Below are positions 35,906 to 44,138 of a DNA stretch of 64,000 nt, in pieces. The DNA comes from Planctomycetota bacterium (GTDB lineage: Bacteria > Planctomycetota > UBA1135 > UBA2386). How positions within the stretch are numbered: the stretch's first letter is position 1; each line of letters starts with the position of its first letter. The position numbers and the translations under genes were made by a program. Location of the stretch: NCBI GenBank assembly GCA_965228735.1, contig OZ245838.1, forward strand, positions 5,920,001 to 5,984,000. Direction: 5' to 3'. Below the pieces are notes generated by a model, which worked only from the letters and a program-made list of their open reading frames with translations, was not told the DNA's origin and ran no database searches.

Positions 35906-37177
35906 ATGCGTTCGCGATCGTTCGTCGCGGCTGCCCTGCCGCTGCTCGTCTCGCTCCTCGCCGCGCCCGCCATGGCGCAGCTCGAACACCAGCTCGCCGG
36001 CCTCACGCGCAGCACGTCGGCCCTGCGCTTCCAGGGTGCCAATTGTTCGCCGGTCAATGCGGGCTGCACCACCAACCTGCCGGCGACGTCGGAGCCGTGG
36101 TCCGGCGGCACGGGTTACGACGCGACGAGCGGCGCGTTCTGGGTCAGCAACGGCGCACTGCTGGCGCGGGTCTCGGCCCGCGGTTGCCAGGTCCAGTGCG
36201 GACCCTACCTGCCGCCCGTGCTCGGGAACGCGACCGTGACGGGCATCGAGGTGCTCGAGCTCGGCAACGAGCTGCTGCTCATCGATAGCCGCGGCGTGCT
36301 CAACACGCTGTCACTGAACGGCAGCTGCCAGTCGCCGCAGCTCACGTCGACGTGCGGCACGGGCCTCGCTCGCCAGGGCTCGCAGGTGACCTCCGGGCTC
36401 GCGGCGGACGAGGCGCGTGACCTCGTGTTCGTCAGCTACACCGACTTCTCGACGGGGGGCAACGAGATCGCGATCATCCACAAGCCGACGAGTTGCATGC
36501 CGTTCATCCGCACGCCGCTGCCGAACTGCGGGCTGGCCGGGTTCGGTGCCTGCCGCGGCCTCGCGATCGACTCGTGCCGCCGCACGCTCTACGCCACGGA
36601 CGGCCTGCGGCTGCTGCGCGCGCGCTACACGTTCGATCCCTCGACGATGAGCGTCCTCTGGGGACCGGTCAGCTGCTGCCCGCTGCTGACGACCAACCTC
36701 GATCCCTACGTCGGTCTCGCGCTGCGACCCAACCCCGGGCGGCCCGTGGGGCAGCCGTGCAACAACGGCTCGTGCCTGCCGTGCCCGATGCGGCATCAGC
36801 TGCTGACGGGGCCCGTGCTCGGCAACTCCAACCTGCTGTTCGCGCTCGACGATGCGCAGGACAACTCGTGGACCTGGCTCGGTCTCGGCTTCGGCCACTG
36901 CCGCCCGATCGGCCCGACGATCGCGCCGCTGTGCGGGCCGATCCTGCTCGGTGGCTTCTCCGCTGCGACCCCGCCGCTCGTCGCCGGGCCGTTCCCGGTC
37001 AACGGCGCGGGCCCGTGCAACGGCTCGACGACGGTCGTCGTCGACTTCCCCTACGACCCCGCCTTCTGCAACACGGACTGGTCGTCGCAGTTCATCTCGC
37101 TGTGCTTCCAGAACCCGACGGCGCCGTACGGCACCGCGATCAGCAACTGCCTGAGCTGGACGGTGATCACACCGTGA
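35906..37177 (+). CDS. Cys-rich secreted protein, likely beta-propeller plus the shared C-terminal domain
   Basis: SD AGGAGA; signal AMA-Q; repeated GLA.D....L.V/A blades; C-terminus FPYDPAFCNTDWSSQFISL...ISNCLSWTV. Confidence 0.85.
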   Translation: MRSRSFVAAALPLLVSLLAAPAMAQLEHQLAGLTRSTSALRFQGANCSPVNAGCTTNLPATSEPWSGGTGYDATSGAFWVSNGALLARVSARGCQVQCGPYLPPVLGNATVTGIEVLELGNELLLIDSRGVLNTLSLNGSCQSPQLTSTCGTGLARQGSQVTSGLAADEARDLVFVSYTDFSTGGNEIAIIHKPTSCMPFIRTPLPNCGLAGFGACRGLAIDSCRRTLYATDGLRLLRARYTFDPSTMSVLWGPVSCCPLLTTNLDPYVGLALRPNPGRPVGQPCNNGSCLPCPMRHQLLTGPVLGNSNLLFALDDAQDNSWTWLGLGFGHCRPIGPTIAPLCGPILLGGFSAATPPLVAGPFPVNGAGPCNGSTTVVVDFPYDPAFCNTDWSSQFISLCFQNPTAPYGTAISNCLSWTVITP

Positions 37178-37183
37178 CGGCAA

Positions 37184-37310
37184 GGCGGTACCGAAACCGT
37201 TTCGAAGCCGCCACGCGCCGATGCCGACGAACTGCTGGTGGTGGCGTGGTTGGGTTGGGGGCGGGGTGGCGGATTTGAAGCGGGTTCGGTACCGCCAGGC
37301 GGTACCGCCA
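37184..37310. repeat. Inverted-repeat element family A, copy 3, with duplicated right terminus
   Basis: Arms 37184-37214 and 37266-37297, same spacer length as copies 1 and 2, followed by an extra GGCGGTACCGCCA. Confidence 0.88.
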
Positions 37311-37315
37311 TGGCA

Positions 37316-38587
37316 CTACCACTTCGGTGGTGGGTCGCGGCGTTCGCAGGCGGCCAGGCGGCGCAGCAGGAGGCGCCGTTCGGGTTCGGACGAAGGCAGC
37401 GTGAGCGCGTGTTCGAGCGCGGCGCGGGCGGCTTCGTGGTCGCCGTTCTGCCAGTGCAGTTGGGCGATCGTCGCGGGGAGCAGGAAGTAGTTCTTCAGCG
37501 CCTTGTCCGTGCGCAGTTCTTCGATCGCGGCGAGGGCGGCGCTGCTGCCGTGGACCTTGCCGATCGCGACCGCGCGGTTGAGACGAACGATCGGTGACGG
37601 GTTGAGCTGCTGCAGGCGGTCGTATTCGGTCAGGATGCGCGCCCAGTCCGTCGCCTCGAAGTCGGGCGTCGCCGCGTGCACGGACGCGATCGCGGCTTCG
37701 CAGTGATACGAGGTGATCACGTCGCCGCCGATCGACTGCCGGAAGTGTTCGAACCCGAGCGTGACCCAGTTGCCGAGCCAGCGGCTGCGGTCCTGTTCGG
37801 CGAGCGTCAGCAGTTCGCCATCGTCGGTGCGGGCGGGCAGTCGGGCGCCGAGGAAGAGCATGAGCGCGAGCAGCGCGTGAGTGCGCGGCAATGCCGTGCC
37901 CGGCAGCTCGAGCAGCAGCGCGGCCAGGCGAACCGCCTCCTCGACGAGGCCGCGATCGACGAGCTCGCTGCCGCGGTGTGCCCGGTAGCCCTCGTTGAAC
38001 ATCAGATAGATCACCTGCAGAACGAGGTCGAGACGGGCCGGCAGCTCGTCCTCGGGTGGCAGCTCGAACACCGCGTCGATCTGCTGCAGCTTGTTCTTCG
38101 CGCGCACGATGCGCTGCGCGATCGTCGGCTCCTTCTGCAGCAGCGCCGCGGCGATCGCGGGCACACCAAAGCCGCAGACCGTCTTGAGGATGAGCGGCAC
38201 GCGCGCGTCGGGCGGCACCTCGGGATGGCTGCAGAGGAACAGCATCCGCAGCGTGTCGTCCGCGATGAGCTCGCGATCGGCGGCCGGGTCCTGGCCCTGG
38301 TCCTGCGCCGCCCACGCTTCGAGCTCGTTCTCGACGCGCGCCGCGATCTTCTGGCGGCGCAGGTTGTCGAGCGCGAGATTGCGCGCGACGCGGAACACCC
38401 AAGCCTCCGGGTTGTCCGGCACACCCTCCGCCGGCCACGACCGCAGCGCGCGCACGAGCGCCTCCTGCACCACGTCCTCGACGAGTTCGATCCGCCGCGG
38501 CGAGAGCACGCGGCAGAGGCTCGCGACCATCCGGCCGTAGCGATGCCGAAACAGGTCGTCGACGAGCGTGGGCAGGTCGGCCGCCAC
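37316..38587 (-). CDS. ECF sigma factor with C-terminal TPR extension (ECF42/DUF6596 type)
   Basis: EDVVQEA..RAL..WP..GVP.NP.AW, DDTLRMLFLCSHP, IYLMFNEGY, LAEQDRSRW, LNRAVA. Confidence 0.93.
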   Translation of the reverse strand: MAADLPTLVDDLFRHRYGRMVASLCRVLSPRRIELVEDVVQEALVRALRSWPAEGVPDNPEAWVFRVARNLALDNLRRQKIAARVENELEAWAAQDQGQDPAADRELIADDTLRMLFLCSHPEVPPDARVPLILKTVCGFGVPAIAAALLQKEPTIAQRIVRAKNKLQQIDAVFELPPEDELPARLDLVLQVIYLMFNEGYRAHRGSELVDRGLVEEAVRLAALLLELPGTALPRTHALLALMLFLGARLPARTDDGELLTLAEQDRSRWLGNWVTLGFEHFRQSIGGDVITSYHCEAAIASVHAATPDFEATDWARILTEYDRLQQLNPSPIVRLNRAVAIGKVHGSSAALAAIEELRTDKALKNYFLLPATIAQLHWQNGDHEAARAALEHALTLPSSEPERRLLLRRLAACERRDPPPKW

Positions 38588-38593
38588 GAAGGC

Positions 38594-38962
38594 CTACTCC
38601 TCCGGGCCGCCGAGGAAGTCGAGTTCGCGGATCTCGATGCTGCCGAAGCGGAAGTTCGGGTGGCCTTCGCAGAGCTGGGCCGCGTGATCGTAGCTGTCGG
38701 CCTCGAGCACGTAGATGCCGCCGACGACCTCCTTGGTCTCGACGTACGGGCCGTCCTTGATCTCGACCTTGCCACCGTCATGCGGCTGCATGACCTTGCC
38801 GCCCTGGTCCGTGAGCTTGTTGCCGAGCTGCAGCCGGCCTTCCTTCGTCATCTTCTCGCCCCAGTCGTTGTAGGCCTGCAGGATCTCCTGGAAGTCCTGG
38901 GGGGTGAACTTGCTGTAGTCCATCGTGACGTCGGCGCGCAGAATCAGCATGAACTTGGTCAT
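38594..38962 (-). CDS. YciI/DGPF-domain protein
   Basis: DGPYVETKEVVGGIY motif; SD AGGAG; canonical partner of ECF42. Confidence 0.92.
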   Translation of the reverse strand: MTKFMLILRADVTMDYSKFTPQDFQEILQAYNDWGEKMTKEGRLQLGNKLTDQGGKVMQPHDGGKVEIKDGPYVETKEVVGGIYVLEADSYDHAAQLCEGHPNFRFGSIEIRELDFLGGPEE

Positions 38963-39083
38963 CGGTCGGTCTCCTGATGAGAGGGCTGTCGAGGGGTAAT
39001 GGAACGGGCTCGGCCGCCCGATTGCACCCGCCTGACGAACGGTCCGGTCCACGATCGACCGCGGAGTCGGAAAAAATGTCGGA

Positions 39084-41078
39084 TCAGCGCGGATCGAACC
39101 GGATCCGGTCCACGACCACCGGCAGGTCGGCGGCCTCCGGCACGGTCACGACGAGATCCATGCCAGCGCCGCCGGCCACCCGCGTCGGGCGCAACTCGAG
39201 CCGCACGGCGGCATCGGCGGGTTCGAACGCGATGTCGAACGCACGGTCCGTCGGCAGCGGCAGGGCCTCGACCACGAAGCGGCCGGTCGCATCGAAGCGG
39301 GCCGCTACCGCGCCGTTGGCCCGCCGGACCCCGACCGCGCGCTGCGCTTCGGCCCAGCCGAGCATCGCCGCGGCAGCCGCGAGGCGGTCCGGTGTAGGCG
39401 GTGGCGGGTCCGGTTCGTAGCGGTGGAACGGCACGGGTTGCCGATGGCAGCCGAGCAGGTAGCCCGGCAGCTCGAAGGCTCCCGAGTTGCCGATCGCGCG
39501 CAGGCCGACGCGTCCTCCGAGTCGGACCCACAGCGTGACCTCGAGGTCGCGTTCGCCCTCGCCGCGCACCGCGACCGGCCCCGTGCGACAGATGACGCAG
39601 CGATAGTCGCGCAGGAAGCGCGGGTCCCGCTCCATCTGCCACGCGCCGGGCCAGCGCGGCGATGGTTCGCCGGTCGGCGACGCGAAGAGCACGAGGTCGG
39701 GCGCCCGATCGAGAACATACTCGCCGTCGCCGCGTGAGTGCCCCGGGATCACGTGATCGGGGGCCGGCAGCGGTGCCCGCGCGATGTGTCGGTCGTTGAG
39801 CCCGAGCATGTCGAGGCACCGTAGCCCGCTGTAGAACGGCACGCCGCCGGCCGCGTCGAGCGCGAGCAACGGTCGGTCGTCGCCGAACGCCGCCGCGAGC
39901 CAGCGCCCGACCGGTTCGCCGCGCCACTCCCAGTCGGAGATCTGCTGATACGGATCTTCGGGATCGAGCGTTCGATCGACGAGCGCCAGGCCCACGCCGA
40001 ACACCGCCGCGATCGCCGCGAGAACCTGACCGACGCCGCGTTGCGCGAGCAGCGCGAAGCCGAGTCCGGCGACGAGCGCGAGCGGGCCGAACGTCGGCAG
40101 CACGAGGCGACAGAGCGGGAACAGATCGCCGCCGACACTCGCGGTGTAGCCCGAGAAGACCGCGACGAAGCCGAGGACGAGCAGTGCGAACGGACGCGCG
40201 CGGCGGTGCGTGAGGCTCACGACGACGCCGATCGCGGCCGGCACCAGCAGGCCGCGCAGCACGCTCTCACAGCTCTTCAGATACTCCCAGCCGAGCGCGA
40301 AGCTCGCGGCCGAGGTGCCGACCTTGGCGTGGGCGGTGTTGGGCACGTAGTCACCGTGATAGAGCAGGCGAAACGCCAGCTGCGCCAGCACCGCGAACGC
40401 GACGGGCAGCCCGATGACCGCGCTCGTGCGCCAGCGATCGCGGCGCACGAACATCGCGACGGTCAGCGCGGCGAGGACACCCGCGAGCGGGCCGTCGGGC
40501 CGGGTCCAGGCGAGCAGCGCGAACGCGATCCCCGCGAGCCACGCCGCGTGGCGCGGGGATTCGGGGCCGTCGCGGTTCCAGAGCACGCGCCCGGTGCCCG
40601 CGAACCCGACGGTCGTGAGCAGCAACGCCAGCGGCATTTCGAGGCCGCCGATCGCCCAGAGCGCGATGGGCGCCAGCGCCGCGACGACGAGCGCCATCGC
40701 GCCCGGGGCGAGCTCGCAGCGCCGATGCCGTTCTACGTCGGCCAGCGGCCAACTCGTGAACGCGAGCACCGCGACGGTCGCGAAGGTCGCCGCGATTCCG
40801 AGTCCGCGCACGATTGCCACCCAGTCGAGGCCGAACGGCCGGCAGAGGACCGTGAGCAGGATCCACAGCAGGTTCGAGTAGCCCTCGACGGCTTCGCCAT
40901 CGTTCCACGTCAGCCCGTCGCCGCGGGCCAGGCGCTCGGCGTAACGCAGCGAAATGAACGCGTCGTCCGAGATCCACGGCCAGAATCCCGCGATGCCGGT
41001 CCCGAGCAGCACCGTCCCGATCGCGAGGTATATGACCCGGGCGAGGTTGCGGCTGGTCGGGAGGGCGCTGCGCTTCAC
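39084..41078 (-). CDS. GT-C fold membrane glycosyltransferase, AftB-like
   Basis: WISDDAFISLRYA..L..G.GL.WN.GE.VEGYSNLLW, GLEMPL, TRPDG, PNT..AK, GGD, D.LGL; about 10 TMs. GTG start inferred. Confidence 0.82.
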   Translation of the reverse strand: MKRSALPTSRNLARVIYLAIGTVLLGTGIAGFWPWISDDAFISLRYAERLARGDGLTWNDGEAVEGYSNLLWILLTVLCRPFGLDWVAIVRGLGIAATFATVAVLAFTSWPLADVERHRRCELAPGAMALVVAALAPIALWAIGGLEMPLALLLTTVGFAGTGRVLWNRDGPESPRHAAWLAGIAFALLAWTRPDGPLAGVLAALTVAMFVRRDRWRTSAVIGLPVAFAVLAQLAFRLLYHGDYVPNTAHAKVGTSAASFALGWEYLKSCESVLRGLLVPAAIGVVVSLTHRRARPFALLVLGFVAVFSGYTASVGGDLFPLCRLVLPTFGPLALVAGLGFALLAQRGVGQVLAAIAAVFGVGLALVDRTLDPEDPYQQISDWEWRGEPVGRWLAAAFGDDRPLLALDAAGGVPFYSGLRCLDMLGLNDRHIARAPLPAPDHVIPGHSRGDGEYVLDRAPDLVLFASPTGEPSPRWPGAWQMERDPRFLRDYRCVICRTGPVAVRGEGERDLEVTLWVRLGGRVGLRAIGNSGAFELPGYLLGCHRQPVPFHRYEPDPPPPTPDRLAAAAAMLGWAEAQRAVGVRRANGAVAARFDATGRFVVEALPLPTDRAFDIAFEPADAAVRLELRPTRVAGGAGMDLVVTVPEAADLPVVVDRIRFDPR

Positions 41079-41321
41079 GTTCGGCAACCTACCGAGGCGT
41101 GGGCCCGCTGTCGCCGCTCGACCGGCCCAGGGGCGCGACCCGGTGGTCCGTGGCCGGGTGGCCGGTCGGGCGCAAAGCTCAGGTCGCGCCGCGAAATCGG
41201 GGATCCTGCTGGGGCCTTCCGCTCGTCTATCATGCGTCGAGTCCCGCGACGCTCCGTGCCCTCGGATTCCCCGCGTCGCCCTCGTCTCCTGCAACTGCGC
41301 CGCTCCCAGGGCGCCCGACCC

Positions 41322-43073
41322 ATGCTTCGACTTGCTCTCCCGCTCGTTCTGAGCACGCTGACCGTGTCCGCGTTCGCTCAGGTTCCCTGCGTCGTCTCCA
41401 GCCTCGGCACCCAGCTCTCGCTGGCCGACGATGCGTTCTCCGCCGCGCTGCCGCTCGGATTCTCGTTCGACTACGGCGGTGTGACCTACACCGATGTGCA
41501 GGTCTGCTCGAACGGCTACGTCGTGTTCGGCACGGTGGTGCCCGCCGCCGCGGACTACACGCCGACCGTCACGGAGCTCCTCGGCGATCCGGATCCGCGC
41601 GTCTGCCCGATCTGGCGCGATCTCAACCCGACGGCTGCCGGTAGCGGCCAGGTCTACTACAACGCCGTCGCGGCGACGCCGTCGACGCCCGCATACTTCG
41701 CCGTCACGTGGGACGGGGTCTATCAGTACGGCACGTCGACGCCGATCACCGCCCAGGTCGTCTTCATCGAGGGCGGCGCGATGCAGTTCTACCACGCCGC
41801 GGACGTCGTGAACGGCGGCAACGCCTGGGTCCTCGGTGCGAGCCCGGGGAACGGCGCCCTCGCCAACCCGGTCACGTTCTCGGCGCTGCCGATCGCGACG
41901 ACGGGCAACGCGACGTTGCACGAAGACGGCAGCAGCGGCTTCGCCGTTTCGGACCACACGATGCTGTGGACCCCGGATGGCGCCGGCGGCTACGTCGTGT
42001 CGCCGATCTCGGGTTGTGCCAGCAGCGAGGCCTATGGCTCGGGCTGTGTCTCCCAGTTCAGCACGTACTACGAGTACTTCCTGCCGTCGACGACGTTCGA
42101 TCTGTCCAACCAGTCGTTCTCCGGGATCCCGACGGGCGTCGGCTACATCGTGACGACCGGGCTCGCGCAGTACCTCGCGCCGTCGCCGTCGGCGACCAAC
42201 ATGGGTCTCGCGGACGACGCCGTTGCGCCGATCAACCTGACCCAGCCGTTCGTCTATCCGGGCGGCCAGACGAACGTGCTCGAGGTCTGCTCCAACGGCT
42301 TCGTCGGCCCGTTCAACAACGCCGCGTCGTATCAGCCGGACCCGGCGACCGCGCTCACCTGGCAGGGACCCGTCTGGCTCATGTGGCACGACTTCATCCC
42401 GACGGGTGGCGCCAATGGCGACGTGTTCTACGAAGAGGTCAACGGCATCGTCTACATCACGTGGCTCAACGTCGTCAGCTACGTCGGGACGTCCGCCGGC
42501 ACGACCACGAGCACGTTCCAGTGGCAGTTCGACACCAACTCCGGCTTCTGGCACCTGGTGTTCGAATCGATGGACAACGTCAGCGTGAGCACCTGGCTCA
42601 ATGGCGACGGCTACATCGTCGGCTACACGCCGGGGAACGGCGCCGGCGATCCGGGCAGCATGGACCTCACGCCGGTCGCGACGGGCCAGACGCAGCTCAC
42701 GGTGGGGGCCGCGGACACGTTCCCGCTGACGCTCGACATCGACGCATCGCCGCAGATCAACACCACTCCGAACTTCGTCGTCGGCAACATCACGGCGACG
42801 GCGCCGGTCGGTGGTCTGCTCTACGGGATCACCCGGATCCAGCCCGGCATCGATCTGACGTCGTTCGGCATGCCCGGGTGCTTCCAGTACAACGACCAGC
42901 TCGCCGCCGTGCTGTTCTTCCCGAACGGCGCGACCAGCGTCGCCTTGCCGTTCCCGATCCCGAACATCGTCGCGACGCTGCAGGTGCAGGCCGCCGTGTT
43001 CGACCCGGTGAGCGCGTCGACCCCGCTCGGCGGCCTGTCGTCGAACGGCCTCGAGGTCGCCACGGGCAACTGA
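41322..43073 (+). CDS. Secreted protein with two NIDO-like domains and the shared C-terminal domain
   Basis: Signal AFA-Q; two units DD...L...F.Y.G.....VCSNG(Y/F)V...W.D..P; C-terminus DLTSFGMPGC...IPN....LQVQAAVFD...LSSNGLE. Confidence 0.88.
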   Translation: MLRLALPLVLSTLTVSAFAQVPCVVSSLGTQLSLADDAFSAALPLGFSFDYGGVTYTDVQVCSNGYVVFGTVVPAAADYTPTVTELLGDPDPRVCPIWRDLNPTAAGSGQVYYNAVAATPSTPAYFAVTWDGVYQYGTSTPITAQVVFIEGGAMQFYHAADVVNGGNAWVLGASPGNGALANPVTFSALPIATTGNATLHEDGSSGFAVSDHTMLWTPDGAGGYVVSPISGCASSEAYGSGCVSQFSTYYEYFLPSTTFDLSNQSFSGIPTGVGYIVTTGLAQYLAPSPSATNMGLADDAVAPINLTQPFVYPGGQTNVLEVCSNGFVGPFNNAASYQPDPATALTWQGPVWLMWHDFIPTGGANGDVFYEEVNGIVYITWLNVVSYVGTSAGTTTSTFQWQFDTNSGFWHLVFESMDNVSVSTWLNGDGYIVGYTPGNGAGDPGSMDLTPVATGQTQLTVGAADTFPLTLDIDASPQINTTPNFVVGNITATAPVGGLLYGITRIQPGIDLTSFGMPGCFQYNDQLAAVLFFPNGATSVALPFPIPNIVATLQVQAAVFDPVSASTPLGGLSSNGLEVATGN

Positions 43074-43111
43074 TGCTCGTGCTGTGAGGTGATGGTTGCC
43101 GATGGGAGGGT

Positions 43112-44002
43112 GTGCCCTCCCTCTGGCGCCAGTCCCTCGCGCTGCTGCGCGCGCCGATGAACGAGCTGTCGTTCGCGGTGCGCTCCCGCATCCGCTGGCA
43201 GCGCGGCGCGCCCCCCGCGGAGCAGCCGTCGGCGGCGCCCTGGGATGATGCGTTCGACTGGCTGCCGGCCGCAGAACGCGCACCACTGCGGGCGCGCGTC
43301 ACCCGGCTCGACGCGGAGCACGACCTTGCGGCGGTGCGTCCGCTGCCGGTCGTCGCCCGGCTCGAGAACGCTGCGTTGCTCGATGGGCTGCTGCGGCTCG
43401 CCGGCGATCTCGGGTTGCCGGTTGCCGATGCAGAGCTGCGTGCGACCGACGTCGGGTGCGGCGCCTTCCAGTACGCGCCCGGACTCGCGCGCTGGTTGAC
43501 GCACCTCGCTGAAGGTGCGGCGGTCCGACTGCGGGGCATCGAGATCGACGGCTACGGCGTCTACCGCGACGGCCATTCGCGCGCGGATCACGCGCGGGCG
43601 CATGCCGACCTCGCGGGACCCGGCGTCACGTTCGAAGTGGCCGACTTCGCGCGCTTGTCGCCGGGCGCGCTGCCGCCGCAGGACGTCGTCACGATGCTGT
43701 ACCCCTTCCTGAGCGCGTTCTCCCTGCTGCAGTGGGGTTCGCCGCTGAGCCACCTGCGGCCGCGCGCCGTGCTCGATCGCGCCGTCGCCGCCGTGCGGCC
43801 CGGCGGACTGCTCGTCGTCGCGAATCAGACCGAACGCGAGTTCGAGCGTCTCGCGGCCCTGCTGCGCGATGCGCCCGTGACACGGCTCCGTCGCGCGAGC
43901 TTCGCGACCGACTTCGTGCCGTACCGAGAACGGACGGCGGGGCGTATCGCATCGATCTGGCGGCGCCACGCCTCGGCGCGCTGCTCCGCAGCGTCGTCCT
44001 GA
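43112..44002 (+). CDS. Class I SAM-dependent methyltransferase-like protein
   Basis: Motif I TDVGCG, GIEID, VADF, QDVV, VRPGGLLVV. Start uncertain (43112 or 43157). Confidence 0.78.
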   Translation: MPSLWRQSLALLRAPMNELSFAVRSRIRWQRGAPPAEQPSAAPWDDAFDWLPAAERAPLRARVTRLDAEHDLAAVRPLPVVARLENAALLDGLLRLAGDLGLPVADAELRATDVGCGAFQYAPGLARWLTHLAEGAAVRLRGIEIDGYGVYRDGHSRADHARAHADLAGPGVTFEVADFARLSPGALPPQDVVTMLYPFLSAFSLLQWGSPLSHLRPRAVLDRAVAAVRPGGLLVVANQTEREFERLAALLRDAPVTRLRRASFATDFVPYRERTAGRIASIWRRHASARCSAASS

Positions 44003-44138
44003 TCGACCGCCGCCGGCCGGATCGCCCCACCGGGGATCCGGCCCACAGTTCCTGAACGCTGGCGCGTGGTGCTGACCCGGGGGGGCGGCTAGCATCACTT
44101 GCCGGTCCGGCAGCCTCAGCCCGGCCTTTGCAGCCCGC

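Noticed and set aside
37316..38962. YciI + TPR-extended ECF sigma as a novel system
   Set aside because: Well-known ECF42/DGPF arrangement.
39084..43286. 1400-aa minus-strand and 1010-aa plus-strand ORFs as giant or overlapping genes
   Set aside because: Each is a real gene (39084-41078 minus; 41322-43073 plus) extended by stop-poor antisense frames typical of high-GC DNA.
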